From Octopus vulgaris (Eukaryota), in NCBI GenBank assembly GCA_951406725.2, contig OX597838.1, forward strand, positions 4,092,001-4,156,000: DNA of 64,000 nucleotides, in the 5' to 3' direction. Position 1 is the stretch's first letter. The number at the start of each line of letters is the position of its first letter. Under the pieces are notes generated by a model, which had not been told where the DNA came from, did no database searches, and worked only from the letters and a program-made list of their open reading frames with translations. The translations under genes were made by a program, and so were the position numbers. Below are positions 20,420-32,768 of this stretch, in pieces.

Positions 20420-23400
20420 TTCAATAGAAATCATGAAACAAATTTAATGTAAAAAGACAAGTCGTCATTTCAAAGTATGATGATATCAAATACAGATTGA
20501 TATGTATTTTAGCAATCAAGTCTAATGCAAAGCAAAACACACACACTAATGATTAAAAAAAAAAAAAAACACACATTAACAGGATGTCAACAATTAAGAT
20601 TTTTTAAAAACCAATTAAGAAATCCATAATCGTCAAAACCATACAAATTTGTAAAATTACACATATATATATATATATGTATGTATGTATATATATATAT
20701 ATATATATATATGATACACTCTGAAAAGAATGTCAATTTTGTATTAATATATACTCTGAAAAAACTTTTAACTTTTTTTTTAAAATAGCTTGATAAATTT
20801 TTAATTTTTCATTAAAAAATTTTCCTCAGCAGACAACAGATCTGTGAACTGCTTTCATAGAATTAGTTAAAAGTAATATTTTTCTTGAAAGTGAACAGAC
20901 AATAAATACGTTATATACAATAACATTTTTTTTTTTTTTTAACCATTTGGATGTGTATTTTGCTATCAGTTTCCACCCCACTTTCTTTTAGTGTTTTAAG
21001 TCTCAAATACTTTCAGTACTCGACTCCATGGCCAACCAAAGTTAAGAAATATTCACATTATGCTGAAAAACAAAGCACCTCCCCTTTTTGTAACCCACGA
21101 ACTAAATTTATCTAGCATCACCAAAACAGGCAGTATCTGCATCTTTTACAATTTCTTTTTTCTTTCTTTGGAATGAACTGGGCTTTATTCAAAGTTTATT
21201 ACATTAAATTTAATTTTAAAAAAATAAAGTAGAGAAGTCAAAATACAATTGGAGAAATGGAGTACATTTGAGAGTTAAGTTAAACATTTATTGAAAATGT
21301 ATCTTGTATAAGGTTTGAATAATCACGGAGGGGAAACGGAATAGGGGTGGGGCTTCTGGAATACACAGTGGTGGAGGGTACTGGGTGCTTTACGCTGAAC
21401 TTCGACTCAAACTGTCACAGAGTTCTGAAAGACATCAATCCAAGCGAGACATCCGATAAAACAACATTTAAAGTTAGACTTTTGGTTGAGAATAGAATTG
21501 CATAACCTTCACTCCCAGATTTGAAAGCATTAATAGAGAGAGATTAAAAAAAAAAAAAAAACAGATTTAAATAGTTTCAATTTTAAAAAAAATATATAAC
21601 TCCAGAATACTTGAAAGCTTTTAATTATATAGATCTAGTAGAAATTACAGGCTGAAAAAAGAGGGAAGTTTTGGTAGAATTTAAATATTTATAGATCGGT
21701 TACTGACCAAAGTTAGCAAGAAATAGGAAAAAGAAAAAAAGAAAAAAAAAACACTAATCTCTTGTATAGAATTGTTTAAAGGTTAAGTTTAAGACAAGAT
21801 GCTTCTGTAATAGATTTTCACATACAATCACAACTAGCAGGGGAAAGGAAAAAAAAAACTTGCCCTCACACTAAATACCAAGAGCTGTAAAGAATTGGAT
21901 TTAAATCAATTTCTTTTAAAGATACATAGTTTCAAAGTATTGATTTTATTGAAAATTATTGGGCCTGCACCATGAAGGATGTTATTACTAAATTAACCAT
22001 AGAAAGAAGTTTAGAGAAACCTTATTTTGAGGGGGGGGGGGAGGGTATTTAAAAACCCTTTTTATTATAAAAACTTCAGTGAGAGAAGCATTCATATTTG
22101 TGATTAAATCCTTGTAAAGTGAGAGAATTACTGTCCAAACTGTTTCTTTTCTTTTTATTTATACAATATACCTTAAGCAATAAAGATAGTCTTTGGAAAA
22201 TATCAGAACACTAAAACCTGGATAACTTACAAAACCACATGAAAGAAAGAAAAAGATTGAGGAATCTGTGTAGAATATGCTAGATGAAAACTTCAATACT
22301 TTTTTTTTTTATTCCCTAAGTTAAATTAAATCAGTCAAGTTAGCAATGTTGGAAATTTGCAGACTGAAGTATTTTGTTTTGTTTTTTTTTAAAGAAGAAA
22401 AAAGTGATTTAACCCTTTAGCATTTTAATAATAGTCTACTTGTTCTATATGTTCAAATTGGGGCCAGATCTGGGCTCACACCTACCCTACAATTGCCATT
22501 CTAAAAATAAACAATCTCATATTGAAATCTTGAAGCTGTGAGATAATGCAGAATTAGTTGAAAACAATGTGAATAAATAAGTATTACGTGTGACAAGAGT
22601 AATCTGAAAGCTAAAAGGGGGGGGGAAAAAGAGAGTTGTAAGATGAGAAATAATAAGTAGCTGCCAAATTGTGACAAATGGTGCTGCTATTAGACATGGC
22701 TTAATTGAGTTTTAATTAACGAAATTACTTGGCTCAGAGTCAATTAACAAAAAAAAAAAAAAAAGTTTTCTGCTTGGAACAGCACCAGTGAACCAGCTAT
22801 TGGAAATCCGAGAGATAAGCTTGACAAATGAAGGGAGAAAGAAATAAGGGTCAGGGGGGGGGGGGGAAAGTCATACCCACAATGCAACAAAACTAAAGTT
22901 AGTTCCCTAAAAAAATTTCATTGGAAAGAAGAAAAAACCATCACGTACACAATGCTCCTCTTGATAATTAGGAAGATGAGAAATTTATTAATGAAATTCT
23001 AAATACAGTAACAAGCAATAATAATAATGATTTCAAATTTAGGCACAAGGCCAGCAATTTCAAGGAAGGGGGATAAGTCAATTACATCAACCCCAGTATT
23101 CAACTGGTACTTATTTTATCAACCCCGAAAGGAAGAAAAGTAAAGTCAACGTTAGGAGAATTCGAACTTGGACAAAGTTGACCTTGGTGGAATTAATAAT
23201 AACCCTATTATAAGCACAAGGCCCTGGGGGTGGGGGATTGACCGATCACAACAATCCCATTGCTAAACTGATACTCAAAGCACAAAGAATCAGAAGAATT
23301 ACCACAAGGCATTTGTCCAAATGCTCCTACAATTCCACCGATTCCCCATCATCATAATAGTAATGGTTTTAAATTTTTGGCACAAGGCCAGCAATTTATG

Positions 23401-24694
23401 TGGAGGAGCAGGTGAGTTGATTACACCAACACCAGTGTTTGACTGGGGCTTCATTTTATTTACCTTGAAAGGATGAAAGGCTTGAGTTAGCCTCAGCAAA
23501 ATTTGAATTCAGAACATCCACTTCTGGAAGAAATGCCACAAAGCATTTTGTCCAGTTTGGTAAATAATTCTGCCAGCTTACCACCTCAATAATAATGGTT
23601 TCAAATTTGGGGTTAGGGCTAGCCATTTTAGGGGGAGGAGGTAAGTTGATTACATTGATCTCCATGCTTAAACGGTACTTATTTATTGACCCCCAAAGGA
23701 ATAAAAAGTCAGAGCCAACTATGTCAGCATCTGAACTCAGAACATAAAGGAGACAAAATACTAAACATTTTGTCTGACGCATAAACAACTCTGCTAGCTA
23801 TCTTAATAATAATAACCCTTTCTACTGGAAGCACAAGGCCTCAAATTTGGGGGAAGGGATTAAGTCGATTACACCGACCCCAGTGTGTAACTGGTACTTA
23901 TTTGATCAACCCCAAAAGGATGAAAGGCAAAGTCAACCTCAGCAGAATTTGAACTCAGAACATAAGGACGGACGAAATACCAATAAGCATTTCGCCCAGC
24001 GTGCTAATGATTCTGTCAGCTTGTCGCCTTAATAATAATAATAATAATGGTGGTGGTGGTGGTTTGAAATTTTGGCACAAAGCCAGCAATTTAGGAAGAG
24101 GAGTCTAGTTGATTACATCGACCCCAGTGTTCAACTGGTACTTTATTTTATTGATCCTGAAAGGATGAAAGGTAAAGTTGACCTCAGCAGAATTTGAACT
24201 CAGAAAGTAAAGACGGACGACTTTATAATACCACTACAGTTAAATTTTATTCAGAGTGAAGCCCCCTGCCCATTAAAATAATGAAAAAAATTTTTTTAAT
24301 GTATATAATTCAAAACCACAGAATAAAGAAGTATGAAGAAAATAATATTATTAATGTCAGAGGTAGAACTTAAAATCTTCGACTGAAATCCAACCCAGCC
24401 CGTGGAAATTGTTGAAGGCCTCAACATGTTTCAGACAAATTCTAGAAGGGGTAGCACCAAGCCTAATGCCAAGTGCACAACGGCAGACCTGAGATTTTGC
24501 TAAAAAAAAAAAAAAAAATTGTAAATACAGGATTCACATCCATTAACACACACACCGAACATGTTAACATCTCACCCATGTCATTTGCTCACCTCCACTG
24601 TTTAACTCTTAATTTCTTTCTGAAAGTTGTGAACCCTCCACAAAGCAATTTGTAAAGATATAGAGTGAAAGAGAGACAGAGTGTGTAGTGAGTG

Positions 24695-24729
<35 letters not shown>

Positions 24730-25937
24730 TGAATAAATAAATATATATTCCAAGAGGTCACCCATTTTCTGCTGGATGCAAACATTATAAATCAAATGAA
24801 ATAAAATGAAAAAAAAAAAGCCTCAATAATTAAAAATAACCTAATTAAATGTGAGGAAGTCATTTATTTCACAATACAGCCTTTCTTACTGAATCTGATA
24901 TTTTTTTGAAATTTTTTTTTTTTTGCCATTTTTTTTTTTTCAAACTGAAGTTTACAATTTTTCAGGAATATTCCTGGGACTTTTAACAGCATCTGGTGGG
25001 ATGAAGAAAACGTGAAGAAGAAGAACTAGGCAATTTAGAAAGGAAGGAAGCAAGAGAAAGAAAGAAAAAGAGAATGACAGAGAGAAGGAGAGAGAGAGAG
25101 AAAGAAGGTCTATCCAGTTTGGTGTGCCAATTACATTAAGGAAAGAAAGAATTCTTTGGTTGTTTTTCTTTTTTCTTTTTTTTAGATTAACCCCCTGATA
25201 CTTTGAAACACTTGTTGGTTTTTGTTTCTTTTTTTTTTTTTTTGTTAGTTCACCCCTCCAATCCTTTTTTGTTTTTGTTTTTGTTTTTTTTTTTATCCTT
25301 CAGAAATACAACAGCTGGACATGTAATGAAAGCAAATAAAGGTCAACAAAAGACAGAATTAAGTGTTTATTGCAGCAATACAACTGTTGGGTAAACAGGT
25401 TTTACTGACAAAAGATGGCTTTTGTAACCATGCACATTTTTTTGTTTTTCCTTACCAAGATGAGAATTGAAAGTCAAAGAGAGCCATCAACAGTGCACTA
25501 CATTCTTAACAGAAGTAACCGTGGTTGCATGAGACATCAGTGGAATCAATGCCAGAACTAAGGGGGGTGAAAATGGCCAACCAAATTACACGATATCTCA
25601 AGAAACCACGGCCAAAGACACCAAGACGCTACGCAGTTTTTCTTTTTATTATTTCAAGAAACTTTAGACATGGCTATTCATTCTACTTTACAAAAATTGG
25701 ATAGTTTTACTCGAGTGAGGCATGTTTGAGAAATATAGATTTGTGTTGAAATGCCACCCAGCCCAACCCTGCGCGTATCTCCGCTGTCAAACAAGCTAGT
25801 TCTGAAAGCAGTCATGCCTCCTTTGGCTCATTATCAATGTTGCACGATTTTCCAAATATTTTTTTTTTTTCATTAAATTTTTTTTTTTTTTGTATTTTGT
25901 TTTGTTTTAGATCCCTAAAAAGCGAAGTTTATAAATG
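20420..25937 (-). other. UBE2D: Probable long 3'UTR of UBE2D with alternative poly(A) sites
   Basis: Dense A-runs on plus (U-runs in the mRNA). AATAAA on minus at 25645-50, 25366-71, 24863-68, 24246-51, 21287-92 and 21184-89; distal ATTAAA at 20443-48 followed by a U-run (20375-98). The true end is inferred. Confidence 0.5.
23030..24220 (-). mobile_element. Tandem cluster of about 5 SINE family A copies within the putative UBE2D 3'UTR
   Basis: Repeated ggcacaaggcc..ccccagt..gaaaggatgaaaggcaaagtc..gaatttgaactcag units separated by (AAT)n. Confidence 0.88.
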
Positions 25938-26102
<165 letters not shown>

Positions 26103-27200
26103 TTAGGAAAACAGTACAGAGGGGAGAATAACAGAACAAAAAGAGCAGGGCCAGGGACGATGAGAAAAAAAGGGGACGGAGAGAGGGATGCAATTTTACA
26201 AAACAATCGTTCTGAAACTACAATAGATACAAATTAAGGGAACTTTTATATGGTCACTAGATTTGCTAAAAATAATAGCCAAATCACACACTACTTTCTT
26301 AGTATGGCAGAATATCTTTCCCCGACAGGTTTGCTCAATCTGCTCGGTGCGGCAGCCAAATCACCCTCAAATCCCAGACAATCTTTTAGGGAGGGGGAAT
26401 GCTGGATAATGTTACCCTAAATGTTTATCTTCATCTTAAGATTGGACAAGAGGATCACAGTTGATGCTGATCTGGAGTTCACCAACAACGGGCATGAAAA
26501 TCTTGCACCCACAGAACCCTACCTGCCTCAGCTCAGCTCTCACCACTGATTTACAACACATTAAATATGCTATTGTCCCCATCCCATCCCATCCCATTAA
26601 TAGACAGGAACAACAGACACGAACAAAGGATTTTGCCCCCCTAACAGTCAAAACTAATCAACCAGACAAGTAATCTGCTTCCCAACTTGGTGGCAGTGAA
26701 TCTGAAACTGCATTAAAAAAAAAAAAAACTTGTAAATGAAATAATGGGCCCCATGCTACTGCTAGGTCTGTGGAGAGAGATGAACTTCTGATGGCTAATA
26801 TTTTACTAAGAAAAGTAAGATAGTGAACTCAAGGCCTCAAATTTATAGGGGGAGGAAGGGGTCGTAAACCCACTGGTGTATTGGAATTCAACTGAAGACT
26901 AATGTGTCTAAAGACCATAAACTTGTCGAGAGAGACTTATGCATTCTCCTGCTTTTACTAGTTTCAGTTACTGAATTGTGCCATGCCAGTCCAATAGTCA
27001 CCAACTTTTAATTAAGTCTGACCAATTCTACACAACCACCTGATACTTCAGTAGTTCAAGTGGAATTCTCTCTGCTGCTACGACATAGACCAGGCCTTTG
27101 GATTGAGGTTGAACACGGATTAGCTCCAGCCCTGCCATACATTAACACTACCTTTTATACTTCGATTAAAATCATGGTGGGGGAATTAAATTGCAAGTTA

Positions 27201-27482
<282 letters not shown>

Positions 27483-27489
27483 CTACATT

Positions 27490-28040
27490 AGCTGCTTTAC
27501 ATCTGCTTTTCCAAGGTTGCATGGGTCGGACAGGTGTCTTCCTGCTCAGCATCTCACCAGGTCACAAAACATGTAATTTTTTGCAAGATCGAGCATCTCA
27601 AGATCAGTTCTCAGACTTTCTACTCGCTGTCTTCTTCCAACACGTTCTTTCCACTTGGTCCTTTTTTTTTTTTTTTTTAACCCACCTATTAACCATTTGC
27701 ATCACATGTCCATAACACACCCTTCTCTCTCTTCCACTATATATTCAACTTGACACATACCCAGTATTTTCCCTCTGTCATTTTTGCCCACTGACACTAA
27801 CACATCCATTACAAGATGCTGGTCTCTCTTCTTTCAAGCTTTTGCACATCTTCTGCATCCAATGTCCACATTTTCTTACTATTCTGACAGATTATTATGC
27901 TTCCAGGAGCACTTACCTTCACTGCTAATTAATCCCCCAAAATTGCAGAAGCTATCAATTTCCTTTACGGAATCTTCAGAGTATTTGAAGGAATCCCTTT
28001 CATGGGAGTTCTTGCTGTTGACAATTGTGCAAGTGCACAC
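27490..28040 (-). mobile_element. Degraded LINE (RTE-like) 3' fragment
   Basis: Minus strand tatggacatgtgatgcaaatg (YGHVM) followed by a tail resembling family C SINE ends. Confidence 0.45.
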
Positions 28041-28206
28041 AAGGTACACCATTTGGAATTATTACTTATCAAGAAACCCCCCACCAACTGTAGACATTGT
28101 TTTCAGGTTTAGACTACAAATCATAATTAAACAAGTAATTACAAGTGTAAATAAGAAAATCTAAATGTTTCTAAAATTCACAAATAGTTGGAGAAAAAAA
28201 AAAGCT

Positions 28207-28641
28207 TTAGCTCCTTAGCATTTAAACCAGCCATATCTGGCTAAAATATTTGGTTTTATGTTCAAACTGGCTGGATTTGGGTTCTTACAATGTCATCTTA
28301 AAACTAAACAACCACATAATGAAAATCTTGTAGCTTTGCAATGTTGCACGATTAATGTGAAACCATGTGAATAAATAAGCATTGCTTTTGACAGAATAAT
28401 CTGAATGCTAAAGGGTTAACCCTTTTGAAACCAGATTTCTATTGAAACGGTCCCCACTTCCAAATTAATTATGTAAATAGTGAAGACTATAGTAAAATTA
28501 CTGTCATCGTTAAGCTGATGTCTGGAACACTAATATTAAATTTTAATGGGAAGATTCAATTTAGATCCCTTTAAAACAAGTAGCTTGTATTATAGAACCA
28601 CAAAGGGGCAGTCCCAGGCGGTTTGATATCAAAAGGTTTAA
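28207..28641. mobile_element. Two adjacent piggyBac-type MITEs (family 2 + family 1) sharing one TTAA at 28416-19
   Basis: ...aatgctaaaggg-TTAA-cccttttg...; family 2 (ccctttagcatt..aatgctaaaggg) also at 3935-4117, 22409-22620 and about 49800-50000. Confidence 0.7.
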
Positions 28642-30969
28642 ATTAAAATGAAATCAGCAACGTACTTCATTCAGACTGCACTAAGCCCTTAGTCACAACC
28701 ATCTGATTTAGAGTTCTCTCACTTGGTTTGTTGGACAGAAATTTGTTCAGTGGAAAAATTAAGTTAGCCCAACAGTAAATAGAGAGGCATGTAATGGCAT
28801 TTTGCTTCACAGACACATTTAGGGTACTGACAGCATGTAATGTGGTTTTTATGTCTCTTGTTATTGAAATTTTTCATGAATCTCCAACATTTGCTGATGA
28901 GAATTGTTGTTTAATGATCAAATGAATTACCTGCCCCTGAATTAATATGTAAATGACTGAGCATTCCATACACGGGTACCCCTAACATGATTCTGAGGCA
29001 GAATAAACATGAGAGTGTGTGGTAAGGCAGAACCCTTTGAATTATAGCTACAATCCATCCACATGTATAAAGTCAGGTTGTTTGAGAGGAGGGTCATTGT
29101 GAACATAATTTTGGCATGGCCAGCAACCAAACTGGCAACCTCATCAAACTTGCTGAGTGAAAAGAGTGATTTTAGCCACCCTACAGGATGAAAAACAAGA
29201 CCTGTCCAAAAAGCAGATGAACTCCAGGAAGTCAGTGGCCATCCAACATGTACACATTTACATTAAATGTGTGTGTGTGTGTGTGTGTTTAGTGGCATGT
29301 TCACATTTTGTTGAAATGAGGCATGGAGAAAATAAGTAAGCTTCACCTGAACAACTCTAAAGTTAACAGCAGTGGATCAAGAGAGGTAACTAGTGCAGAT
29401 GGTGACATAGTCATGCTGGTTGGGGAAGCAATGATGTAGGGTAGATATCATTGGAACTAAGTTTTATAGCACGGAATGCAAAATTTGGAAATGGTTTCAA
29501 CCACTTTGCATTTTCAGTTGTTCTGGTTTTGTTCTTGCAATTGAGGATATTAATGTACGAGAATGGATCTGATGTGCAGTTTGTTAACACATGGCTGAAG
29601 CTTGTTGGCACTACCTGCAGCAGTGGGGGATAATCACACATCTACAACAACAGATAAGTACCACTTCAGTAAGATGGAGGAAGATGTAAGCATATAAGTG
29701 GGGACAGTTGTGATCCTCTTGTCCCCTTCATAGGTGCATCCTCTGTTGAAGTGAAAGGTGTTCATCCTTTGATCAATGAAGAAGACAATGACTTCAACCA
29801 TGACCCAAGGCATCATCTTTCTGTCTTTGGCAGCATTAACCCTTTGGACATTCAGATTAGTCAAATATAATGCTTCTTTATTGACATTGTCTTGAAATGC
29901 TCGTGCATCATCTTCTGGCTTTGAGGAGGCCAAATCTGGCTGATTTAAATATAAAACAAGAAAACTATTTGGTCCAGACATGGCCAGTTAAAAATGCTAA
30001 AAGGGCTTAAGATTTATTCTGCCAAGACGATTATTTGGTTTGTTAACCAAACCCCATCTTCTTCAGAGCCAAAAGATTTAATATTCACCCCTTTCACAAC
30101 ATCTCAATTAGTCTAATCTTCAATCATCAAAATCACTAAAGTCTTTTTTCTAAATGTCTACATTGAGACAATAGACTGGATTTAAAAAAAAAAAAACACT
30201 TCATTTTCTAAATGAAGCATGTTACTATTGTTACTTTGGAAATAAATGCTCCTCATTTAAATTCAGTTGGTATGGACACCTCCAGGAATTAAAACACCTG
30301 ACAATCACCAGAGACTGAACCAATTAATTCTAAGTGTACATAACTTATTTTTTTCTTTTCCTTTTTTACACACCTAAAATGAGTCAACAAAATAATTACA
30401 ATAGGCAAAGGTGTGGCTATGGGTAATAAGTTTATTTCCCAACCACATGGTTTTAGGTTCAGCCCCACTGCATGGCACCTTCAGCAAGTGTCTTCTACTA
30501 TAGTTCTGGGACCAAAGCACATGTGTTTTCTTGTTTTGGCCAAGTAATGCTGAGAAGAAACTTCATCCTGTGCAAGCATAGAAAAGTGGGCATTAAAATG
30601 ATCTTAATTTATCCCAGACATTTAGGCCCTTCTCCATCTGTTGTTTCCTTTAGTTCTTCAGTTTTATCAGTAATTTGTTTCGTACAGGAATACCACCAAG
30701 TAGCTGAAATATTCTTTGCTGGTTCACTAATTTTATGTTTCCCAACAAAAATTTTTTCAAATGTTTAAAAAAGCCTAATTCTCATTTTTCTATGCAACGA
30801 GTCATAAATGTAAATATCTTTTAAACATCACTTCCTGTTTTATTTTGCTCTTAGCCACATCACAACAGTTTGTTTTTTTTACAACTCCAGGACATACCAC
30901 ATACACAGCTATAGTCAAGAATTAAGCAAACATTCAGCATCATTTGCATCATATGTTATTCTACAACCT

Positions 30970-31100
30970 ATCATCATCATCGTTTAACGTCCGTTCTTCA
31001 TGCTAGCATGGTTTGGACGGTTCGACCGGGGATCTGGGAAGCCAGAAGGCTGCACCAGGCTCCGGTCTTATCTGGCAATGTTTCTACAGCTGGATGCCCT
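30970..31100 (-). mobile_element. SINE family C
   Basis: catcatcatcgtttaacgtccg..ctacagctggatgccctt consensus match. Confidence 0.85.
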
Positions 31101-31709
31101 TTATGTAACATAAAAAAAAAACAACATTTTCTTAGCTTATCTAAAAACTTCTGTATACACGATTTAGACAACTAATAAACTAAGGAATACCCTGTTTAAG
31201 AAGTCCACTCTGCAACTGTGGGATTTAGGGTTCAGCACCATTGCATGCCACCTTGGACAGCCCTGGGTAGATTCATGCATTAGTCAGTTGATTTGTTGGG
31301 TGGAAACTGTGTTAAAGTTACTTACACATGTATAAAAAGGGTCCATCTGTCGTCTAACACTTAACAACCTGCACTTGTTTATGTCCCTATAACTTAATGG
31401 CTGGGTAAAAGAACTGATAGGAATAAGTACCAAACATAATACTAGGGTTGATTCGAACTACTAAACCCTTCAGGTCAGTGCTCCAGCATGGCCACACCAA
31501 TGACTAAAACATGCAAAAAAATAAATAATGGTGATATGCCCAGCTTGAGAAGACCCATGAAGCATAGTGAAATCATAGCTGTGGTCGCCACATAAAAAGC
31601 ACCTTTCAAGCTTTGGGCCTCACGGAGGAATGGGGTCAATGCTGCTGTCACATAACTAGCACCCGTGTCGGTGGCACGTAAAAAGCACCTTCTGTATGCT
31701 GGGCCTCAT

Positions 31710-32768
31710 GGTGTTATCAAGCACCTGCAGAAAAACAGTTTAGCCCCCAAGGACATTCATGCTGACATGGTTGCTACATTAGAGGATTATGCTCCAGCCT
31801 TATCAACAGTGCAAAAGTGGGCAAATTAATTTAGGAAGGGAAGAGAGGATCTTGAAGATACTTCAAGGTAATGGATGACAGGCAACTGCCACCACCAAGG
31901 AAATCATTGATCATGTTCACCACATGGTAATGGACGACAGGCAACTGACTATAAATCAAAGAGCCAATGCTATTAGCAGATCTCATGAGAGAGTTGAAAA
32001 TATTCTGCACCAGGAACATATGATGACGGTTCCTGCTCGGTGGGTGCCACGTCTTCTGACACCTGATCAAAAGCACAACCAGGCTGATCACATCACAGGA
32101 AAATTTGACATTGTTTGAAGCCGATCAAGCTGGCTTCCTTAAACGTTTCCTAACCCAGGATGAGTGGTAGGCTTGTTACTTTGAGCCAGAGACAAAGAAG
32201 CAATCCATGCAATGGGAACACCTCTCCTCACCTGCTCTAAAGGCCAAAGTCACTTCATCTGCAGGGAAGGTGATGACCTCAGCTTTTTTTGGGTAGTGTT
32301 TATTGACTATCTTCACAAGGACCGTACCATCAATGATGGTATGGTCATACCAGCTTACTGAGGCAGTTCAAGATCAAATGCCTGGGAGAACTGATGAAAG
32401 GGGTCTCGTTTCATCAACACAAGTCCTTGCTTTCAATGGTTGCTGTGTGAGATGACAGCTTTGAACTGGTTGATAACCATCCATACCCTCCTGGTTTGGC
32501 CCCTCAGCTGACTATCATCTGTTCCCCAACATGAAAGAAACGCTTAGCTGGGACCCAGTATCACAGTGATGATGACATCTGCTGTTGATGATTTTTTTGA
32601 CCAACAGGATGAAAGCTACTTCACCAATGGGATCCGAGCACTGCAACACCAATGGGAGAAGTGTGTGGACCACAAGCGGGGGACTATGTTGAAAAATAGA
32701 TCTCATTTGGTCACATTCCATGAGAGCATCTTAAGTCGGCCTATGAAATTAAAGCCAACCCTTGTGTA
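31710..32768 (+). mobile_element. Degraded mariner transposon
   Basis: Frames give APALSTVQKWA (HTH), VPARWVPRLLTPDQK (WVPxxL), FLTQDEW, HPPYPPGLAP (YSPDLAP), FPNMKE and FTNGIRALQHQWEKCV; multiple frameshifts; terminal ccaacccttgtgta. Confidence 0.88.

Noticed and set aside
23030-24220. Regularly spaced repeats suggestive of a CRISPR-like array
   Set aside because: Units are about 200-bp diverged SINE copies in a eukaryotic genome; no constant short repeat/spacer structure.
26436-26651. ORF ending INCDPLVQS as a possible alternative or duplicated UBE2D last exon
   Set aside because: Similarity is limited to DPLV and there is no convincing acceptor; likely chance.
29400-29981. Several 60-115 aa ORFs in UBE2D intron 4
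   Set aside because: No recognisable motifs or splice support; probably old TE debris.
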